A stretch of 62,934 nucleotides of DNA, the filler included, from Stramenopiles sp. TOSAG23-2 (taxonomy: Eukaryota): assembly GCA_900128395.1 (NCBI GenBank). It is 17 parts of 17 records of this genome, joined end to end, with 100 filler letters (N's around TTAATTAATTAA, not from the genome) between each part and the next. Parts side by side here need not be neighbours in the genome. Positions count along the whole stretch, not along the records: positions 46,449 to 50,194 come from LT651113.1; positions 50,295 to 54,037 come from LT651114.1; positions 54,138 to 57,880 come from LT651115.1; positions 57,981 to 61,720 come from LT651116.1; 13 more parts are not named here. One strand, 5' to 3'. Numbering within the stretch: position 1 is the stretch's first letter; every line of letters starts with the position of its first letter. The notes beneath the pieces were generated by a model that was given only the letters and a program-made list of their open reading frames with translations, did not search any database and had not been told where the DNA came from. A program made the translations under genes and the position numbers. Positions 48,540-59,700 of the stretch are shown in pieces.

Positions 48540-49056
48540 TATAATAATTATATTAATAGTAATAATAATAAGTTGCGTTTTGTTTGTGTGTTTTGATTGT
48601 TCTATATCTACTTTATCCAAAAGGCAGCTCGCAATGGACGTGTATAGGGATAGATATACTTTAATACGAAGCGTATTATTATTAAAAAATTGCGAATTTT
48701 TTGTTGTTTTTCCTCATTTATTTAATCAACAAAAGTTATCGTAGGGTGTGTAATTTCGTATACTAAAGAAATGGCATATAAATAACAGGTAATTATCTCT
48801 AAATAGTTTGTACTATAAGAGATATAGTTCATCCAACTTCATAACCCCCGTGCATAACTATACTTCTTGTTATTTTTTTTTACAATCCAACCTGTATTGA
48901 GGAATAAAGGTGATTGAATGAATGATAGATGGATACATTTTAAATATTATAAGGTGCCTCTATACAGGTATAGAATATAAATACAAACACTTCTCGGTGT
49001 AAAAATACAAATCGACATTTCTATATTTAAATATCTCTCTCTGATTTGTTTAGATA

Positions 49057-49971
49057 TTATAACTTGGACAACGGCGGCATACTACTACTACTACTACTAT
49101 TACTAGAATCAACATCAAACCATACATGAACTTGTCCAGTACCAGCAGCATTTTCATAATCGGATAATAAATAACCACGATTTGTAATGTTTTTACCACC
49201 ACCTAACGCACCATACATACATAAATAATGACCAAAGAAACCTTCTGGTGAAAATTTATGATAGGTTGACATACCGTCGATGACTTGTTCATGATTTCCT
49301 TGTTTCCATAATTCCAATATATTTTCATCAGCTTTTCTAGCATCAGGTGTTAATACATTTGATGCATCTTTTGATTGATGTTTTTTAAAATCATCTAATG
49401 CAGGAAATTCATGCGACATCCCGCCACTGCCAAGGTACGCAACACGTAAATCTGGTATGGAATCAATCGCTTCTTTCAGTATACAACCTAATCGTATAAA
49501 ATTATGATCCCTAGCTGCTTGACAACAACTAATCGATAATACTTTCAGATCTTCCAATCCATCTTGTAATAAATAATGGAGTACATTAACAGTTGGATAA
49601 TGTACAGGTAAAGATGGCGTCGTGACGTTTAATAATGGCACTTTTTCTCTTTTTGCAATTTCTGCTAGTTTTGTTGCTAAATCTGCACAACCATTCCAAT
49701 TATATTTATGATCTTTAATTAAATCTGGTAATTCTTCAGATGTATAAATACCATTAAATGATGAAGCGCCAGCAACAACATGGCCAGACGTTGTAAACCA
49801 ATGCGTATCAAATATTACTAAAGTATTTACATCTGCGTCTTTTAATTTTTGCCTCATTGTTTTGAATCCTTCCACTAATGAAAAATCACCACCTGGAATT
49901 CGTTCACGTACTTTATCTGGTAACATGATACCAGGTTGATGTGATACAACTGCAGCTGCAACAATCGGCAT
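49057..49971 (-). CDS. LigB-family extradiol ring-cleavage dioxygenase (homoprotocatechuate 2,3-dioxygenase HpaD-like) with PTS1
   Basis: VSHQPGI, VIFDTHW, GIYTSEELP, HYPTV, SGGMSH, PEGFFGHY and YENAAGTGQVHVWF; ends SSSSSSMPPLSKL. Confidence 0.85.
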   Translation of the reverse strand: MPIVAAAVVSHQPGIMLPDKVRERIPGGDFSLVEGFKTMRQKLKDADVNTLVIFDTHWFTTSGHVVAGASSFNGIYTSEELPDLIKDHKYNWNGCADLATKLAEIAKREKVPLLNVTTPSLPVHYPTVNVLHYLLQDGLEDLKVLSISCCQAARDHNFIRLGCILKEAIDSIPDLRVAYLGSGGMSHEFPALDDFKKHQSKDASNVLTPDARKADENILELWKQGNHEQVIDGMSTYHKFSPEGFFGHYLCMYGALGGGKNITNRGYLLSDYENAAGTGQVHVWFDVDSSNSSSSSSMPPLSKL

Positions 49972-50354
49972 GTTTCTGAATGTATTATAGCGCTCTTGAT
50001 CTTGTCATTAAATTATGATAATATAAAATTTTTATGAGCACCCTCTTGTATTAATCCAGTAATAACACATTGTGTCTAAAAATACTTTTCTTTTCCAATT
50101 TTTTGTATATAAATGTGTAATTAATAATAATCTCTCTGATTTTTTTCTCTTTTTTTTTTTTTTAAATTTACTTACCATACCATTTGGTTTTTTTNNNNNN
50201 NNNNNNNNNNNNNNNNNNNNNNNNNNNNNNNNNNNNNNTTAATTAATTAANNNNNNNNNNNNNNNNNNNNNNNNNNNNNNNNNNNNNNNNNNNNTATATA
50301 TATATTACCATAAATTATTATTATATATATGTAATATGCTCTTTTTTATCTCTA

Positions 50355-50966
50355 CTACTTCCACTTCGAAGACCAATCATAAACTCGAATTCCGGTACCA
50401 ATATTACCCATATCTTTCTTGTCTATATCATTAATAATTTCTTTCGTATCCGTCACAGTGACTGCAACCTTTGTTTTATTTACATTTATACGCTGGGTTG
50501 TCTTCTTCTTTTTCATTTGTTCTTCAATACGTCTTCTAGCTTCAAGCTGTTTTTGTGTCGGGCCATTATTGTTACTTATGATTGATGGTTTGATATTATT
50601 CATTTTATTATTGCCATTATTGTTGCTATTACTATTATTATTTTGTTCATTGTCCAATATCATCGAACGAATAACATTTGTTGTAGGTTTTTGAATTTCT
50701 GTAGTTGCCTTCGTCTCTACGAGCTTTTCTTGTTTGATTATTCCAACTTTGTTATCTTGGATTTTAATGTCATTTTCTGCTTTTCCCTCATCTAATAAAG
50801 CCAACTCTTCCGCATTTAAATCTTCCTCCGACGGCCATTCCTTTAACATTCTTCTTCTTCGTATCAATGGTACAACTCCTTCATTATAAACCGCAAGGCC
50901 ACTTGCGCATAGGATCACACCCGCAACGGCCCGTCCAATAACAATAGCAGCATCTCCCATACTCAT
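50355..50966 (-). CDS. Hypothetical protein with one N-terminal hydrophobic segment
   Basis: 203-aa ORF with host-like Asn runs. Confidence 0.55.
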   Translation of the reverse strand: MSMGDAAIVIGRAVAGVILCASGLAVYNEGVVPLIRRRRMLKEWPSEEDLNAEELALLDEGKAENDIKIQDNKVGIIKQEKLVETKATTEIQKPTTNVIRSMILDNEQNNNSNSNNNGNNKMNNIKPSIISNNNGPTQKQLEARRRIEEQMKKKKTTQRINVNKTKVAVTVTDTKEIINDIDKKDMGNIGTGIRVYDWSSKWK

Positions 50967-51289
50967 TTTGGTTGATTCGAATTCTATTCTTGTTTTTTTT
51001 TATATTTCATATATGTTTGTACATATATATTGGTACGTATGTGTATATATTATGTCATATTTTCTATTTGTTCGATTCATAATACGTACGGATTAGTTAC
51101 AGTATTATTATAGTGGTCCAATAATTAATATCATAAATTCATATATATAATAATAGCTTCTTATACTGTATATATATGTTTATAGTTGGATGATAATGTT
51201 GACATAACCAAACGGAAACATAAATAATAAAACAATATATTTAAGCTATCATTGTAAATCATTGAATGTATATATGAACAAATTAAAAA

Positions 51290-52366
51290 ATGGCAACAGT
51301 GATTGATATAAAGCAAGTTGAAATAATATCAACAGAGGAGTCAGGGACAGTGAAGAAAAAGAAGAAAACATGTTGTGAAATCTGCCATGATTATATTATA
51401 GATTTTGATAATAATAAAGAAGGTAATATCCATGTAATACAACCTTGTCAATGTAAATATTTTTGTACAGCGTGTTTAAAGCTATACGTACACAATAACG
51501 TCCAAAATCGCCTGAAAGATGGCCTATTAGCATGTCCACGTACTCCAAAATGTGACTCATATATGACTGACAATTACATATTTAGAATTGCAGATTTAAA
51601 AGATAATGAGAAATATTTAAGATGGAAAATTGAAGCAGCTGAGCTAAAGCTGGCTATAAAAAATAATACACTAAAAAAGAATAAAACCATAGAGAAAGAA
51701 GAAATATATATGTTAAATAGTCTTGGTATAAAAACGAAGAAATGCCCAAAGTGTTTTGAATCAATAGAAAAATCAGATGGCTGTGATCATGTACGATGTC
51801 CTTTTTGTAATACAGATTTTTGCTGGAGATGTGGGACTGCGAATTTAACAGGAAAATACGTAAGAAAATGCGGAACTTGCAATCGAGAATTCATTGATCA
51901 TATTCATACTTCACATCATAGAAAAGTTTTTTGTTTAACATTTATATTATGGTTTCCATTGGCAATTGCTTATTGTCTATTTTGCGTTGCTTGTTGTACA
52001 GTTTGTTTTCCAATCATGTCATTCGGTGAAATGGAGATAGAATCAAATGTTTCAACAAATGATGATAACAATAATTCTATGAAAAACAACAACAACAACA
52101 ACAATAATAATAATGATGATGAAAATATATCATCAGAATTGGAGGAGAATCAAGAAGAAGATGATATTAACAATACTAGTAATACTACTAGTAGTAAAAA
52201 GAAATTTGTCAAACACACATGTTGTAATAATTTTAAAATGATTCTCTCGGTAATTTTGTTCCCATTCATTGTTGTATGTCAATTTTCTCATATTTTTGAC
52301 TGTGATTGCCTAATGCCTAATATTCCACCCAACAATAATACCGAGCCTGGCGAGGATTTTGTATAA
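51290..52366 (+). CDS. RBR-type E3 ubiquitin ligase-like protein with C-terminal TM segments
   Basis: RING1-like CEIC..PCQCKYFCTAC..CP...C and RING2/Rcat TKKCPKC..IEKSDGCDHVRC..C...FCWRC; two hydrophobic helices. Confidence 0.8.
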   Translation: MATVIDIKQVEIISTEESGTVKKKKKTCCEICHDYIIDFDNNKEGNIHVIQPCQCKYFCTACLKLYVHNNVQNRLKDGLLACPRTPKCDSYMTDNYIFRIADLKDNEKYLRWKIEAAELKLAIKNNTLKKNKTIEKEEIYMLNSLGIKTKKCPKCFESIEKSDGCDHVRCPFCNTDFCWRCGTANLTGKYVRKCGTCNREFIDHIHTSHHRKVFCLTFILWFPLAIAYCLFCVACCTVCFPIMSFGEMEIESNVSTNDDNNNSMKNNNNNNNNNNDDENISSELEENQEEDDINNTSNTTSSKKKFVKHTCCNNFKMILSVILFPFIVVCQFSHIFDCDCLMPNIPPNNNTEPGEDFV

Positions 52367-52734
52367 TAAAATAAATAAATGTAAATGTATAAAAGATGGT
52401 TAAAATCTAAAGTTATACGAGTACTCGTAATAATTTTACACTTCTCGTGTTAAGTAATATGCTCAATACTCAATCACCAGAATAATATTTTATCCTACTA
52501 TAGTAAAGCTCTAATGCACCTCTGCAAACTAATACTTCGTACTTCACAAGCACGAGAGTAGGTTTCTATCCTTCCTTCGTAAATGTATAATATAAAATGG
52601 AATTTGTATTTGTTGTTGAGTTATCGTAAAAATATTTTAATCTAATTTTTTATCTTTAGTAACATTACACGCGCACACACAAAATTTTTATATATAAAAA
52701 AAGATTTTTACACCCGTACGAAGTACTATTTTTC

Positions 52735-53685
52735 TTAATCAGATAATGATTCATCTCCATCAAATAACATATTATCATTTAAACGGGATAAAATATCTTC
52801 CATCGGTATCGTCTCTTCTCCATTATCATTTCTTTTTGTTTTCTTATTATTACCACGACGTTTTCTATTTTTTTCTTCTTTAATTTTTTCATCTCTATAT
52901 TTTTCAATCTCATTTATAGTTTGTTCATCATGTGCCATCTCATTTTCTAAACGTAAATCACGTTCAAATTGTTCATGTATCAATTTAATAGTATCCTCTC
53001 TACGCTTTTGGTATTCAGCCTCTTCTCTCGCTTTTATTTTCTCTATTGCTCGTTGTTTCTTAGCTTTATTTCGAATTATTTTTTGCATTTGTTTTGCTTG
53101 TTTTTCTTCCATTAATACACGTTCACGTTCTTTACGTTTTTCTGCACGTTTGGCTAATTTATTCGTTTTTGCACGCATGCGTTCTTCAAAGGTACCATGT
53201 TCCTTCTTCTTCTTCTTGTTTTTCCTTCTACCATTTGTTGTTGTAGCAGCATGTGCCTTATTAGATTTTTCATTATCATCTTCACCCATTAAATAATCAA
53301 TATTTTTATTATTTGATTCAGTTTGTAAACGTTTTACTTCGTCATAATATGTACGTACAGTTGCTTTTAAAACACGTATTTCATTTTTCAATGCAACAAC
53401 ATTTGGAGTTTCATATGGTTGATCTTTTTTGCTGCTTTTGTTATTAGCTTTCCTACGACTACTACTTGATTTCGACATATTGCTATTTCCACCAGCTTGG
53501 CGTAAAGCAATTCGTAATTCACGTACTTCTTTCGTTAATTTCCATTCCGTCCGTTGTAACTCCGCAAATAATGCTTCGTTACGTTGCCTTTGTTTTCCTA
53601 ATTTGGTTTCTAATATTAATATATGTTCTACAAAATCATCCCGTGTAAAATTTAAAAATTGCGTTTCGTTTTCTTTATAGCTCAT
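52735..53685 (-). CDS. Coiled-coil hypothetical protein
   Basis: 316-aa K/E/R-rich heptad ORF. Confidence 0.6.
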   Translation of the reverse strand: MSYKENETQFLNFTRDDFVEHILILETKLGKQRQRNEALFAELQRTEWKLTKEVRELRIALRQAGGNSNMSKSSSSRRKANNKSSKKDQPYETPNVVALKNEIRVLKATVRTYYDEVKRLQTESNNKNIDYLMGEDDNEKSNKAHAATTTNGRRKNKKKKKEHGTFEERMRAKTNKLAKRAEKRKERERVLMEEKQAKQMQKIIRNKAKKQRAIEKIKAREEAEYQKRREDTIKLIHEQFERDLRLENEMAHDEQTINEIEKYRDEKIKEEKNRKRRGNNKKTKRNDNGEETIPMEDILSRLNDNMLFDGDESLSD

Positions 53686-54138
53686 GTTTTTGAATAATTG
53701 TATCTGTACATACGTTCTCCCTTTCTGTTAATACATATTATATATTATTGTTGCGCTTTTTACCTCTTTCCTATGACGATATAAATATGTATAATAAATA
53801 TAAATATCAAAAATATATATATAATAATAACGTCTATCTGCTTTTTTTTTGGTCGATCTGCTGCTGGTCGGTCCAACAACAACAACATCAGAAGAAAACT
53901 GGAAACAAAACCACCTCAAAATAGTGAGGTTTAAATATAATAAGTACAGATTTAGTATATTATAAATATTTGATAGTTATAGCCTTGTAATCCCCCCGGA
54001 TTTGCAAGTGGTAAAAAAGGTGCACTTCTCTGAAATANNNNNNNNNNNNNNNNNNNNNNNNNNNNNNNNNNNNNNNNNNNNTTAATTAATTAANNNNNNN
54101 NNNNNNNNNNNNNNNNNNNNNNNNNNNNNNNNNNNNNG

Positions 54139-57100
54139 GCTTTTAAGGGTAGGGGATTTCTACAGAGGTGCATTCGTTGGATAGCTGACCCAAAAGTGGA
54201 ACCTTCTCCCACCAAAGACAAGAAACGAGAATTATTTATTGAATGGATCAGTAAATTAGCACTATCTCAAAGTGCAGAAACATTAGCAGAAAGAATTCTC
54301 CATGCATTGACTGATCAATTGAAAAAAAGTATTGAAAAGCATCCAAAGTCTAAGGAAGTACTAGAAAAAAATTGGGAAACAATACCTGATGCACCGTTGA
54401 CAAACCTGACTTCTCGTAACGTCTGTGATCACGTTGATAATGCCGAAAATCCGGTTTTATATGCAGAAGTCAAGAGAGAAAAGCCCTCAATATATTTGGA
54501 ATCCCCAAAAGAATGCAATGTAAGTACTGGGGATGTTCTACTTGTTTGTTTGGCACCTGAAGAAAAAAGAGGAGAGATTAAAAGATGCACAATTGACCGT
54601 GTTAAAACGACAGGACAGGGAAAAAAGAACTTGATTCTTGGGGGAGACTTTCAGAAAAAATGGGAAACAGTTGTTATCTTACCTATTAAAAAATCAAATG
54701 TATTATCGTCCATTGTTCACGTGGTTGCATTACTGCAATCACTAGCTGTATGCCATTGTTTAGCTGAAAATATGATGGATCTATCATTTATTATTGGGGA
54801 CAGTTGTGCATCAAGAGCACTATGTATTCAAAAAATGATAACCAAGTACTTTCATGATTTAAGTTTAAAAGTTAAGGAGTTACACGAACATGGAATTCGG
54901 CATATCAAAGCAAATCAGTTTGCAAGATCACATCTGTTCAATACAAAAGCAGAAAAAAAATTAAAAGAAAACTCATGTAAATATGCAATTATGAAGTTTC
55001 GGCGTGATCAAAATTGTTGGGATCTACCGGAAGGTCACAAGGATTTGTTGACTCATACGAAGAACTATATTGTTGCTAATGTAAACGAAGTTTTACTTTG
55101 TTTGAATGAAGTGGAAAATCTATGCAAAAGAGAAATGCTGGAATTCCGTGCAAGAGAAGCTAATAAAATTGAAGATTTCTTGGATCTGCTCAACATTAAA
55201 GGCAAGGAGAAGAATTCTATTGAACCAAAACGTGGCATCAATTTAAATAGCAATATTAAAAAGAAGGCACCATTGGACGATGGATCAAATGCAAAAGTTA
55301 CAACGCTAAATAGTAAGAATGTTGAAATGGAGAAATATCCAAGAAGCGTTGGTACTTCGGAACAAGTTGATGCATATCTACAGAAAGTCTATGAGAACTA
55401 TACTGAAGGAACTCAAATTGATGAGTTGACACTCACTTTTTTTCGAGAACAATGTAGACAGACTGGCGATGCCCTTTTTGGGCAACAAGATGTTGAAGAA
55501 CTATTTACTAGACTAGTTGCGGGTAACGCGGATAAAGACGAAGAAAGTTCGTCTCTGCTTAAAACTTTTTTTAAGTTTGAAACCGAAGTGAAATTCCAGT
55601 GTAGTGAAGTGAAAGAAGAAGCGAAAAGTGACTGGTTGAAAAAAAGTAATAATACTTGGGAAAAACAAATAGACCCTGAATCGAATTATATTTTCCACTT
55701 TCCAATGCTTGGAATACATTCATGGGCACAAAAACAACTTCAGGACGTAATTAACGGAGAACATCGAGAAGATGACATCTCATCCTCAGATTGTGTTGAA
55801 GGTACATCTATTACAAGGGTAACTGCTTTGAAGAATTTTGGCAACGGTTTTGCAATTCATTTACGATCTATTGATTGGTATGCAGGCAAAAAAATAACAT
55901 TTACAAAAAACACGTTTGGTTTGAACATGAACATCAAATTGTCAAATGATGTTGATTATAAACTTGTGGGTGTAGTTATGCATAACGGGACTGTACAAAG
56001 TAGCGGAAGTAGTGGTCATTTCACCGCTATTATAAATACAAAAAGTGGTTGGTTTGAAATAAATGACATGGAGAGTCGGGCAACAGAAGTAAAAATGAAT
56101 GACATGTCTTTGTTTACGCCAAATGCGACACAAGGTCAGCCATACCTTTTGTTCTATATCAAAAAGAATATTTCCTTAAGCAACCTCCAACCATTTAATT
56201 TTACATATGAACAAAATTCTTGTTACATTGATTCGTTGCTTACGGTTTTAATAAACACGATGTGGACACAATTTCAAATCTTAGATACTGGTGAAGCACC
56301 GGAGGAAATATGTGATCGCGACGTCATAAGTAACAAGCTTTGTACAAAAGATAACACGGAGGAATGTGAAAACAATAGCGACGTCATAAGTAACAAGCTT
56401 TGTACAAAAGATGCCACGGAGGAATGTGAAAACAATAGTAGAGAATACAGCGTCCGTTTACTTGGAAAAAAACGTCGCATTTATTATTTACAGAAAAGCA
56501 CCTTTTGTAAACTTGTTATTAAGAGTGAGGGCATTATTGAATATGGAGAGAAGCAGATTGTTCTAGCAGAATTAAAAAATGCAACAATTATTATTAGACA
56601 CTTGATAACATATACTATACCAAAAAAAATAGAAATTCTTCAATTTGAGTTACAGCAGGAGAAAGAAAAAAATATAGTATTTGAATTTGATAGGAGAGGG
56701 GGGTTATTTGAATTCGCAGAGGCTGTCATCAGTAATATTAAAGCCAGTGGTGTAGAAATTAATTGTGACGGTTACGAGTCGCTTGAGAAAGATTGGAAGC
56801 AATTTTGCGAAGACAAAAAGAGATTGGAGAAAGAGAAAATAAAAAGGGATGAATTGGAAAAAAGCAAAAAAAAATTGGAAAAAAGCAAAAAAAATTTGGA
56901 AGATCAATTGCATGACAATGTTTTGGAAGTAAAGCGCAGATACAAAGAAAAGAGATATTCGGCATTAATTGCAGCAGTTATAGATGAAAACCTCGAAGGT
57001 GTGAATACTCTTTTGACCGACCCGGGGGTTAAAATAAATGAAACGGATAAGAATGGTAGAACGGCCGCCTTCCATGCAGCTCGTTTAGGACTTGTAGAAA

Positions 57101-57495
57101 TATTACAGAAATTGAAAAACAAGGAGGCTGACATGTCTAAATGCGATATAGTAGGTCAAACCCCACTTTTTATTGCATCGAGCCTTAGTAAAGTCAACGT
57201 ACTCAAAGTTTTAGTTAGTAAAAACGATAATACAATTAATAAAGAGTATCTAAATAGTCCAAATAGATCTCTTTGCGACAACAAGTATCATGGGTTAAGC
57301 ACTTTGCATATAGCAGCGAAAAAAGGAAACTTGGAGGTGTGTAAAAAACTGGTTGAATTGGGAGCTGATACTGAGTGCAAGAGCCCGTCCAAAAGGACTG
57401 CCCTTCAAATTACAAAATGTTACGAAACTGCCGGTCATAAACTTGTTGCAGAGTTTTTAGAAAAGCAACTGCAAAAAGTCTCCAGCTCTCCATAA
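54139..57495 (+). CDS. USP-like cysteine peptidase (permuted motif order) + coiled coil + ankyrin repeats, 5'-truncated
   Basis: Frame open from the contig start. GQQDVEELF (55480), YKLVGVVMHNG..SSGHFTA..WFEIND..PYLLFY (55957-56157), NSCYIDSLL (56215), and C-terminal ankyrins (GRTAAFHAA, GQTPLFIA, GLSTLHIAA). Confidence 0.8.
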   Translation, partial: AFKGRGFLQRCIRWIADPKVEPSPTKDKKRELFIEWISKLALSQSAETLAERILHALTDQLKKSIEKHPKSKEVLEKNWETIPDAPLTNLTSRNVCDHVDNAENPVLYAEVKREKPSIYLESPKECNVSTGDVLLVCLAPEEKRGEIKRCTIDRVKTTGQGKKNLILGGDFQKKWETVVILPIKKSNVLSSIVHVVALLQSLAVCHCLAENMMDLSFIIGDSCASRALCIQKMITKYFHDLSLKVKELHEHGIRHIKANQFARSHLFNTKAEKKLKENSCKYAIMKFRRDQNCWDLPEGHKDLLTHTKNYIVANVNEVLLCLNEVENLCKREMLEFRAREANKIEDFLDLLNIKGKEKNSIEPKRGINLNSNIKKKAPLDDGSNAKVTTLNSKNVEMEKYPRSVGTSEQVDAYLQKVYENYTEGTQIDELTLTFFREQCRQTGDALFGQQDVEELFTRLVAGNADKDEESSSLLKTFFKFETEVKFQCSEVKEEAKSDWLKKSNNTWEKQIDPESNYIFHFPMLGIHSWAQKQLQDVINGEHREDDISSSDCVEGTSITRVTALKNFGNGFAIHLRSIDWYAGKKITFTKNTFGLNMNIKLSNDVDYKLVGVVMHNGTVQSSGSSGHFTAIINTKSGWFEINDMESRATEVKMNDMSLFTPNATQGQPYLLFYIKKNISLSNLQPFNFTYEQNSCYIDSLLTVLINTMWTQFQILDTGEAPEEICDRDVISNKLCTKDNTEECENNSDVISNKLCTKDATEECENNSREYSVRLLGKKRRIYYLQKSTFCKLVIKSEGIIEYGEKQIVLAELKNATIIIRHLITYTIPKKIEILQFELQQEKEKNIVFEFDRRGGLFEFAEAVISNIKASGVEINCDGYESLEKDWKQFCEDKKRLEKEKIKRDELEKSKKKLEKSKKNLEDQLHDNVLEVKRRYKEKRYSALIAAVIDENLEGVNTLLTDPGVKINETDKNGRTAAFHAARLGLVEILQKLKNKEADMSKCDIVGQTPLFIASSLSKVNVLKVLVSKNDNTINKEYLNSPNRSLCDNKYHGLSTLHIAAKKGNLEVCKKLVELGADTECKSPSKRTALQITKCYETAGHKLVAEFLEKQLQKVSSSP
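56318..56438 (+). repeat. 60-bp in-frame tandem repeat (2 copies, DVISNKLCTKDxTEECENNS)
   Basis: Copies differ internally (AAC vs GCC), so this is more likely genuine than an assembly duplicate. Confidence 0.75.
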
Positions 57496-58217
57496 CAATT
57501 ACCAAGTGATAAAATTAACAAGCTTTTTTAAGCTGAAGTATTATATTCGTACAAAATAAAAGTTGATTAGTATCGAGACTATGTACGCGTATATATGATA
57601 GTATATATAGTGTATATGTATCATTATATAAAATATAATTTTCTCTTACTCATATATTAATAATGATGGTTAAAATCTAAGTTAAAATATGACCCACGTG
57701 CGATAAGATCCGAACGATTTTGGAAAATGGAATTAATAGGGGGTATCCCTTGATATTCCCGATATTTTCGTATACTAACTACCTGTAAATTAGTATAACA
57801 TGTGTTTTACTCCCCTTTTCCTGTACTCGAAGGCTACGGAAATTTAGTAGACACTGTAAAATGGAAATAAAAAATTTCTTNNNNNNNNNNNNNNNNNNNN
57901 NNNNNNNNNNNNNNNNNNNNNNNNTTAATTAATTAANNNNNNNNNNNNNNNNNNNNNNNNNNNNNNNNNNNNNNNNNNNNAATAAACCTAAAAGAATGCG
58001 TAGTAGGACTGGTAAAAAGAAGTAAAAGAATTATATACCATACACGAGAGTAATTAAAATATATATTTTTTAAATATATATTTTTAATTTACAAAATATT
58101 TTTATTTTTTAATTTACACATAATTTATATTGTTTTTTAAATTTACTCATGATAATTCCTACTCTTCAGAAGAATACAATACGACGTAACTGAAATAATC
58201 TATCTCACATTAGCACA

Positions 58218-58973
58218 CTATACATTTACGATCCCACTTCTATTGGAATCATCAAAATCTGTTCCACTTTCACTTTCGTCTTTATATTCTAAATTCCCAA
58301 AACCATCAAAATCATCATCTTTATGCATTAATTCTATGTTTTCAGATTCATTAATTGCACGTTCCATTTTATATTTATCTTCACTTTTATTTGTATATTT
58401 CATAAATCGACTACTATTAGTCATCCGTCTATTACCTCCTTTTTTCATATTATTATTGTTTTTGTCTTTCACTTTTGTCTTTTTTTTCTTCTTTTTATTG
58501 CCTTTTCTTTTCCTTCTACATTTCTCAAAAATACTATCTAATCTATCACCCATTCTCATTACAAATAAACTCACAGTATTATAAGTGCTAACCCATCGTT
58601 CATATATACATTTTGCGTATGTTGGACTCATCATTAAAAATTTTACGGTAATAGCACATGAGCAAAAAGCAACAGAGATCCAAAACAGGACAATGATTAT
58701 AGATACAGTCTCTTTTATGCTTTTTCTTTTATGAAATCGAAATGGTTGAAAAATGAACAAGAAAAGAAGAATCAATGTACCCCATAGACACACCGCCCAT
58801 TTGCGTTTTGAAGACCATAATATATCAAATCCAGGATGAACAGGTGTATAAAGCATGGATTGACCACCATTTAATTCAGTTAAGCTTGGATATCGAAACC
58901 CTTCATCTATCATATGCTGTACACCTAACCGGGAAGAACCAGACGACATTGAATTTCTAGAACTAAATGACAT
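58218..58973 (-). CDS. Hypothetical two-TM protein
   Basis: 251-aa ORF, two hydrophobic helices then a Lys-rich and acidic tail. Confidence 0.6.
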   Translation of the reverse strand: MSFSSRNSMSSGSSRLGVQHMIDEGFRYPSLTELNGGQSMLYTPVHPGFDILWSSKRKWAVCLWGTLILLFLFIFQPFRFHKRKSIKETVSIIIVLFWISVAFCSCAITVKFLMMSPTYAKCIYERWVSTYNTVSLFVMRMGDRLDSIFEKCRRKRKGNKKKKKKTKVKDKNNNNMKKGGNRRMTNSSRFMKYTNKSEDKYKMERAINESENIELMHKDDDFDGFGNLEYKDESESGTDFDDSNRSGIVNV

Positions 58974-59479
58974 TATTATATTGTAATTTGTAAAAAGATA
59001 GTAGAATATATCGTTATATACAAGGACAAATGTTTAATATGAAAGATGCAAGAACAAAGGCTTGAATAAGCAATATTAAATATTTAGTGATGATACAAGA
59101 GTGCAAGAGTATATATTATATTTTGTACTTTAACTTAGTGATAACCGGTTATTATACAACAGTACCTGGCAACCCTGCTGGCCTGGTAATAATAAAATAC
59201 ATATTAATAATATTTCAAAAAAAAAATGAAAAAAAACCTTCTTTAGTTCATTTAGTAGGTAAGTAGGTGCGTATTATAGTAAGGATTTATACGCCCAGAC
59301 AGGTTGAAACTGGGTTTTGTTGCTATGCCGATGCTAGTCGGAAACACGATATCCCAGTGCTGTGTGCTGCCGAACCCTTGCCCTACAAAGAACATGAAAA
59401 AGTGCCATTCGAAATCACCAACCCCCTGATAAATGTGTGCAAATAGACTATTTTATAAAATATGTGCACCTCCATACAT

Positions 59480-59700
59480 TGCTTCTCCTTTTAAACATAG
59501 CTTTGGATCTGCCCCATTTTCCATAAAAATTCAACCATATCGGAATGTCCCAACTTAACACATGATAACAATGCAGTCCAATTAGGGAAACCTTGACCAT
59601 CTCAACCATATAAATCAATATTCATTCACATTCATGAACATATGTACATGTTCCATATTTTCCATTTCTGCTGCCTTGGTAAATGGTTCTGGAATTGGGT
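59480..59700 (-). pseudogene. Decayed ankyrin-repeat fragment
   Basis: WTAL / CVKLGHSDMVEFL / MENGADPK recovered across two frameshifts, with an upstream in-frame stop. Confidence 0.5.

Noticed and set aside
47250-49971. SDR plus dioxygenase as a catabolic mini-cluster
   Set aside because: Adjacent and co-oriented, but the SDR is an ordinary eukaryote-type RDH-like enzyme with no evident pathway link.
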